From Lingula anatina (lineage: Eukaryota; Animalia; Brachiopoda), in the NCBI GenBank assembly GCA_051362555.1, contig CM120649.1, positions 6,634,001 through 6,698,000 on the forward strand: a stretch of DNA of 64,000 nucleotides. Direction: 5' to 3'. A program made the translations under genes and the position numbers. How positions within the stretch are numbered: the first letter of the stretch is position 1; each line of letters opens with the position of its first letter. Below the pieces are notes generated by a model. That model did no database searches. It had not been told where the DNA came from and was given only the letters and a program-made list of their open reading frames with translations. Below are positions 56,266 through 64,000 of this stretch, one piece after another.

Positions 56266-58712
56266 TAATCTTTTTTTTTATTATCTATTCTATCCTTTTA
56301 ACCTACAGCAGATACAAGTGAATTTGGACTTGGTAACTTATTGGTTGAAATCTGAACCTAGTGATCAGGAAGTAACTAGAAAATGGATATAATCTGAACC
56401 TAGTGATCATTAGGAACTTACTTGAAAATGGATACAATCTAAATCTCGTGATCAGTACTAAAATGTATATCCTGTAACTTGTTCCATCCCAGAGATGGAG
56501 ATATTTGGTTAAAAATGTTTCACATACGGGAACACTCTCCTGAAAGCATAAAGCATCAGTTTATCTTGTGGCAAAACAAAACTGTTGAAATAATCATCCT
56601 AATTCTTACTAGACCATAATTATAAATGACAAAATACTGATAAAATAAATGTAGAAAGTATAACTGTTTCAAAATATCAACAGTAGAAGGTACACAGAAT
56701 ATGAGTCTGAAAATATTAAAAAGTATATATTAAATGTTACTACATGAAGTCATTTTAGTTCACATAAGAAATCACTAACCTGTAAAAAGTCTGTAAAATT
56801 AGCTAGTGCTTCTAAAATCTCCTCTCCTCTCTTACTATGTGGACTATGTAGAATTTCTGCAATTTACAAAATATATTTTTTTTTCTATTTATTCTTTACT
56901 CTTCAACAACCAACCACTCTAAAATCCTTTACATATTTACCCTTACTAGTTAATAAATGACATGGGATAACTTTTGTTAAACTCTTATGGATACACTGGT
57001 CAATCACCAAATTGATATCCAGACCAACAAGTTAAAAAAATTCTTTGAGAGCTAGTCATCAATCTTTGTTTAAGGATCATATACTTAACTCACCTTCTGA
57101 TAAAACACTGGAGAGCCAATAAGAAAACCTGGCGGCTGTGATGGGATTTGATGTACAGGACATGTAGTATAGTAAAAGTTTGCTGCGAAGTGAGGAACCC
57201 ATCTGCCCTGGCATCTGAGGTGGAATGATAATAAATAAATAATGTTTAAATAAATAAATTTTTAAGGAGTTTTTGAGCCTTTCATACAATCCAACATGCA
57301 AGTCCCTAAACTTCCTATATTAATATAATATTGATATATATTTAGATTCAAAATCAAAACCACACACTTAAAATCATAAATACCTGTAGCCTGCATATAT
57401 TGTGGCACAAATCCTTCATGGTTTTAATCTGTTCAAATGGCACTGGTCTGTGAATGTCCAGACTGGTGTCCACTGCACTCACTGAGGTGTCCAGTTGGGT
57501 GGACGTGACATTAGCCGTGTACAACTCTGGGATGGGATCCACTTTCCTACGCTTGGTTCGCTGTGGTAAAATAGAATGAAAATTTAAGGTAATTCTATTC
57601 AATGGGGAGTAAGTGATAATTATGCAGTAGTGATCAAAACAGCCAAGTTTGGCTCTTATTATAAGTACATCATCAGGCTGAATGCCCATGGGTCATTAGG
57701 TGTTGCTTCACTACAGCAACTATTTTTTTCCACAGTAGGCCATTACTATCACAATCAGATTAGCGAGAAGCCCTCACAGAGTTGGATCAATCCAGCTAGT
57801 ATGATGGATTTATCTGAATGCCCCCTTTAACATCAGTAAATGTTATTGATAAAGTTCATTTATTCATAATACTAACTACACAGGTCTGAGCAGGACTGAG
57901 CAAGAAGAGTACCTTTATTCATGTTCATCTGTGAAAAATCTTACGCCACATTTTAAATTACAAAATTAATGCATCAGTTCCCCCCATTCCACTTCCCACA
58001 CTTACAGGCTCTAGAATACTGGCTTCAGCATCTCTTAACCTAGACATGCTGAGGTTGGAGACATCTTCCCGCTCTCTGCGCCTCACCATGTTCTGCTCCT
58101 GAACTCTGTGAATGTTTTCACTCCACACCCGGTCCAGCTGAGTGCGCTTAAACAACACCTGGAAATGGAAGAAAATTTAAGAAATGGAAGAAAATCAGTT
58201 GAATGTGCTGTATTCCACTATGTTCCAGTTCGAGTGGTTCTAGCAGTATTATGCTATGGGAAAGTTCCAATACAATTCACAAGCCCCAATGAATTATTCT
58301 GGTTCACTTAAAGTGCCGAGTGCAGGACCCCTTTTTGGTGATTCTTATAAACAAAAGCCTGACCATCACTGATCAAGTTACTTTTAGATATCTCTCAAAC
58401 TGGATCAGCACAGAAAACTGCCAAGCTAGATGTGATTGTTTGAGACTCAGAAGTAGCATGGATTTCCTGTAATGGTCATTATGGCAGCAGTGTCCAAAAT
58501 ATGGCTCTATTCAATTTTGATGCAATATAACTTGATGCTAAACAGCATAATGACCATCAATTTTTGAAAATAAAATATAAGTATTGTAGATGTATAGAAA
58601 TGTGAAAGGGCAGTTTACTCACCCTCTGAGACCTGGGTATGACAATGGTGACCAGACTGGGACAGTACATCTTATACAGTCCCAGCAAAGCTGTGATGTG
58701 TGGCTGGATACC
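52811..58712 (-). CDS. CENPI: Centromere protein I (Mis6 family), C-terminal about 555 aa; N-terminal exons apparently beyond the window
   Basis: Exons 58712-58623, 58158-58006, 57560-57384, 57214-57094, 56856-56780, 56539-56422, 56136-56072, 55731-55607, 55284-55131, 54708-54584, 54146-54018, 53456-53303, 52990(or 52984)-52811; phases consistent. GIQPHITALLGLYK, QMPGQMGSSL, ARFSYWL and FLTKYLHLWDG resemble CENP-I as I recall it. Confidence 0.85.
54316..54383. repeat. (TA)n microsatellite, representative of many simple repeats
   Basis: Others: (TAAA)n near 10877 and 55048, (TG)n 15570 and 20449, (GA)n 20338, (CT)n 48532 and 54503, (CA)n 53898, poly-T 56224-56264. Confidence 0.95.
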
Positions 58713-60869
58713 CTGCAGAGAAAAAATAATATATCTATAATGTATGTCATTGTTATCAGAGGTTTAATACAGAGTTTAATATTGTGCCCCTCACAATTTT
58801 AACAGTGCTGCACTCTTCTACCTAATTATATTTCATGAATTCTTACACTCGCCAACATGGTCTAGTTTGATGCATTTTTAAGTGTACAATTAGTAATTTT
58901 TAAGTGACATGGTTAATGTATTATTATTACTATTATGAATTGAGAAAAGATGTTTATGTCTTAACTTTCCATTCCTTTTTCATCATACCCATCCCTACTA
59001 TATATATATATATATAGTTTCACTATCCAGACAAAGAAACAGCGATACAGAAATGGAAACATAACTTTTATCAGCATATGGTTTATATCTTACATTTCAG
59101 AAAACTGTTGACACAATTTGGCACATTGTGTTTAGTTGCACTACTGCAGTATGACTAAGCTTCTTAAAAATGCAATATGACTAAGCTTCTAAAGATAGGC
59201 ACTTGCCTACTGCAGTACCTTTTGATATTGTCCACCAATTTAGCCAGCAGTTCTGTAGAGATCTTATTAATCGACAAACAATCTCCACTTTTAACTTTAT
59301 ACAACTATGTGCTCTTCATGCTGGATATACACTAAAAGAGATATGCGTTTTAGAAGACTGAGGAAACCAGATCTGATCAATAGGTAAGTCCTATTTTTGC
59401 CCTATATTTTCATCTTTGTGTAATCTTTTTCTCCTCAAATATATTTAACATGCAATTCTTTGCTTCTGAAAAGACAGACCTTTATGTATAAAAAAAGCCA
59501 GTCAGGGGGAAAACATTGATGCTTCAGACAGATAACTCTACATTGTTGAGTATTTATTAAAGAATAGATAAAGAGAGAAAATAGGATTCAATGCTAATGA
59601 ACCTGATGTGTTACTGGGCTAAGTATATATCTTACTGATAACACCGTGTCAACATAATAATTCAAAGTCTAAGACTGCCAATGTTTGACTTCTGTTCAAG
59701 TTCAATTGTAACTGTGGGAGTATCTCTGCTTGATTTGGAGCATTTCACATTGAAAATCTTCATCAATGGGCATTACTTCTTGAAATAGCATAGGGGAAAC
59801 AATCATATCAAATAAATTTACACCACTCTCAGTGTTGCACATGACAAGCTATACAAATTGCAACAAACAACTACAGGTCTCTAGCTTTGATGGTTCCAGA
59901 ATTACAGAGTGTTTTAGTAAATTTGATCACACCTGTAAGTTTGAAGTCAAGAGGCATATCAGTTTACCTTGAAATATGATATCTGTACTATATATAGTAT
60001 AATATAATGTGAAAAAAACAGCACAACTTTTGGGAACATGGTCCAATCAACTGGAGTTTTGAACTTGACCTTTATAATGCTAAAATTCATCAGTTCTATA
60101 AGTTTGAAGACAAAAAACTTATCATGTTATCTCTGAAAGTGCATGGCAATGCCAATAGGGACAACAAACACAGATGGTGGCTATATTTACAGACACTATA
60201 TGTCTATACATAATGATTTATTTTAAACACAAATCAAGACTTTCAATCTGCCAAGTGTGCCAGATATTCTTGTTGGCGCCGCATTCACTGAGAGAGCGAT
60301 AGGTATAGTGCTTTGTAAATAACTCACTGATAACACTATTTCAACATTATATTGACGTCACAGTGACAACCTGGTTGACCCATTCAGGTAAACAGATATA
60401 ATGGCAACTCGCAATAGGGAGGTGCATGCCTTTACAAAGGCCAGTGTTAGTTTTGCCTGTTATCATTTATTATAAGGTTTCAATAAAACTTTCAACATAA
60501 TTGTCTACGGCCTTTTTAAATACTTTTAATATTTAAATGTTGTGCAAGTACTGGCTAAGATCAAATAAAAGAATTTGATTTGAATTTAGTTCTTTCAGGT
60601 TATTAATTCTTTAGTCTACAGGCTGTAAAACATTTTACTGACAGATGCTATAACTACAGTATCTGTGTAACTTGTAACTGGACATCTTTCCCATCTAGAT
60701 TTCCTATCCAAATCCTAGGTGTAAGATGGGGGTTTTAGCATTCTAATTATAGAAATCAGTCACACGGAAGTTGCCTTGCGCAGTAGTCTTGTTAAAACCT
60801 AAGTATGAGTCAGGCTGTATTTATATATATGTAAACCGTCCAAACACCGCCATATTAAACAGAACTCAG

Positions 60870-62050
60870 CTGTTCTGAAACCAATAGACATACACTGCGT
60901 GGAAAAGTAAAACAAGGCAGCAAAGCTGTCAAATGTACAGACAAAAAAACAGAAAATAAAGATGCAAATAAGTGAAAAATTAAATTTTCACAAAAAACTG
61001 TTAAATTGCCAGAAAAATTTACCAAACAGACTGCATTGCCTATTGAAGCTGTATGTTAGACCCATGTTTCTTTCCTGTAAGTTTGAGAACAGTAAGTGAC
61101 ATGATTTCCCTTAAATGGTCATCATAGGAGCAGTGCCCAAAATAGGGGTTTCTTCAAATTTTGATGCAACATTACATAATGTTGAACAGCATGATGACAA
61201 TCAAATGTTATTAATACAAGGCAGCAAAGCTGTCAAATGTACAGACAAAAAGCAGGAAATAACTGCACAAAATAGGCTACTGTCAATTCTGATGCAAAAG
61301 TACATTATGTTAAACTGCAAATTCAACATCAAATTTTTATTATGCTCAACAGGTAATACCAATGTAAGTAAAATGTGTAACAAGCATAAGGCTTCAGGCC
61401 CATGGGAGTTCAAGTTACACTTTGAAAATGTATAACTTTCACAAAAAGAAGCCAATTAGACTGCTTTTCCAACTGAGGCAGCATTTTAGCCCTGTATTTC
61501 TTTTTGGCAATCCTAAGTAACTTGGTTTTCCCATAATGGTCATCATGGCAGCAGCTCCCAGAATTTTCTTCTATTCTGATGGAATATTACATAATGGTTA
61601 ACAGCATAATGACCATCAATTTTTAATAATAAAATAAACATATCATGGATTTTCAGAAAGTGTGACTAGCATGGGTCTTCGAGGAACTTCAAAGTCACAC
61701 CTTGAAAATGCCAATAAGTTAAAAATTAAATTTTCACAAAAAAACTGTTTAACTGGCAGAAAGAATTACTTAACAGACTGCATTGCCTACTGAAGCTGTA
61801 TTTTAGTCCCATGTTTCTTTCCTGTAAGTTTGAGAGCAGTAAGTGACATGGTTTTTCTTATATGGTCATCATGAGAGCAGTGCCTAAAATAGTTTTTTTT
61901 TCAAATTTTGATGCAAGATTACATAATGTTTAACAGCATAATGACCATCAACTTTAGTAACATGGATATTCAGAAAATGTGACTAGCAAAGGTCTTCAGG
62001 CCCATGGAACTTCAAAGTCACAACTTGAAAATGACAAAATGTAAACAAGA
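60870..62050. repeat. Complex degenerate tandem repeats related to CENP-I intron segment 58440-58605
   Basis: ATGGTCAT.ATG..AGCAG...AACAGCATAATGACCAT blocks at about 58472, 61115, 61537, 61862. 60990-61200 also aligns with 61720-61950. Confidence 0.75.
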
Positions 62051-62236
62051 CAGCACTGTTCTGAAATGTTTTTTCCCCATTTTTAACAATTTTTAACATA
62101 TATCAAAATTCACAGTTTACTGCCATTTATATATAATCAACTATAAAAATTAATGAGATAGGAAAAATATCAATAGAGCAGTGTTAAATGTCCAATTTCT
62201 TCCCAGAAGAATTTCATCAGCTGTGTTAAGTTTTAA

Positions 62237-62329
62237 GAATGATGTGAATTTTTCTTCAGTCAACAGCTAATATGGAGGTAAAACCTATCTCAATATTAGC
62301 TGTTGACTGAAGAAAAATTCACATCATTC
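62237..62329. repeat. Near-perfect hairpin with 37-bp perfect arms
   Basis: GAATGATGTGAATTTTTCTTCAGTCAACAGCTAATAT and its exact reverse complement. Confidence 0.95.
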
Positions 62330-64000
62330 AAATTTCTTCCATTCTGAGATTCTGAACATAGTGAATGATTGAATCTGACAAACTGCAATGATATGAGTTT
62401 ATTTCAATTTTTGAAAATTTATTTCACAATACACGATAACAAGTTTACCATAATATATATATAATATATTTTTTTATTTAGACTCGGCTGTCGTACTAAC
62501 TGCATTACAGACCCTGGGCATTTTGCTAATTGAAAATTGAAAGCTTTATAGTAGTCATATATCTGTCAAGAATGAATAAGGGTAAGCAAGATGGCAATTT
62601 AGCTGTAGATAAATACTCACATAACTAATTGGTGAGGTCATTTTAGAGCATTTATTTTCTAAGATACCAAAATAAAGAAAGATGACATTATAACAAGCTA
62701 ATATATTACTATTAGGCTGTATTCACATGCAAAATTTAAAAAATCCATTGGTGGTATCTAGTGTTCACGGTATGTTTACTCTGTAGCGATATTAATTAGC
62801 AGCGTGAGCTAGTCATTTCCAAAGCTGTAATTAATTTGTGCTGCTAGTTATTTATGCCATGGGGTATTCAGCATTAAAACAATAAAGTATAAAATGTACA
62901 GCTTGAACATAATGAATAAATGACTCTTAGAATACAGAGCATTTGTAAATATGACCAGTATGGAATGTGCTAGACCAGAACTGCATGTCTGCAACAAAAC
63001 CAGGGGTACATATTAGCCATGAAAAATAACATTTTGTTCATTTCTAAGACAAATATTTTTTACATATCTTTTTTACTTTCAATTTTATAAAACTAACTGT
63101 ATTCACAAAATAAGAAATGATAGGAGAAACTCTGTTTTGCTATGCTCCATAAAATACAATTCAACTCATTCAATAGCCATACAGATTTCTTAAAAAATCT
63201 TTTTCTGACATTTTTTTGCTACCAACATTTAAATAGTCAAAATGAATAAACTTGAATAATTTACTCTAAATTGTCTTCTCTATCAGAGGTACAAAACTGT
63301 ACATGACATTGTTTTTTGTTCAAGTATACCGAGTGTTCTTCAGTGTGAAGAATGAACATTTCAACTTCACAAATAACACATCTCCAACAGTGTCAATTAT
63401 ATTATAACATTTATTGTTCTTTCCTCATACTATGAGTAAGAAGAGAAATCCTATGCTTGAGCCCAGTCTTGTTTCCATAAACCCCATGGAAAGAAGTTAC
63501 AAGTGAACATTAATCTTCTCCAAGTAGGTGGTATTTTCCTTTCTGAAATTAAGAAATATATGTAACATGACATGTTAATCTCATAAAGATTTGTCACTGC
63601 TCAATTTGGTTGGTTTTTTTTAATGGGTTTGGTACACTGAAATTGACTAGACAGCAAAGCTGGCAAAGTAGCAAGTGATCCAGTTTTAAGGGATATATAA
63701 GCCACTGAAAATGTCAATGTGTGGAAAAAAAATGATATAAAAATAATGACTGCTGTAAATTGTTAACTGATCATGCTGATTTTAAAAAGCAACCTGTTTC
63801 TTTACCAAACAAATGTATTTCTTAAAATGATAGTGAAACAAGAATATGGTTTGGTAGGTATGGGGCAAAGGACACCAGCCAAGTCTATCTCCTTTTTTAT
63901 TATGCCATGTTTTAAGTTAAAAGGGAAAGATGGTATTTCTTCTTGAACTATAACTGTCTTTAATATGATGATTATGTTCTTGCTTTCGTCATTTATGTAA

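Noticed and set aside
59218-59303. Open AG..GT segment (LYKVKSGD...NIK) as the preceding CENP-I exon
   Set aside because: Ends in phase 2 while the next exon needs phase 0, and it does not resemble CENP-I.
63430-63542. TTTCAG-led candidate exon on the minus strand
   Set aside because: All three frames reach stops and no CENP-I similarity or convincing donor was seen.

Overview
Eukaryotic, AT-rich, intron-containing animal DNA, most likely a non-arthropod invertebrate such as a mollusc (inferred from the NALCN isoform type and GPCR family, not proven). In order: an intronless class A peptide-type GPCR (+); tRNA-Leu(TAA) (-); two tandem NNMT/INMT/PNMT-family methyltransferase genes (-); a complete NALCN sodium-leak channel gene with 39 coding exons (-, about 1757-1758 aa); a second tRNA-Leu(TAA) (+); SPRYD7 (+); and the 3' part of a CENP-I gene (-) running off the right edge. 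There are also many short DNA transposons/MITEs and microsatellites. The main feature, missed by the ORF track, is a pair of alternative domain-II pore exons in a 10-kb NALCN intron that switch the selectivity filter between EEEE and EKEE. This switch is already known in invertebrates. The candidate control elements around it look undescribed: a tandem repeat complementary to each exon, a stem that could loop out the K exon, and an 82-bp hairpin between the exons. Exon-intron junctions are also repeatedly duplicated into decoy splice sites in three genes. All exon coordinates and pairings were read by hand; no database search or folding was run.
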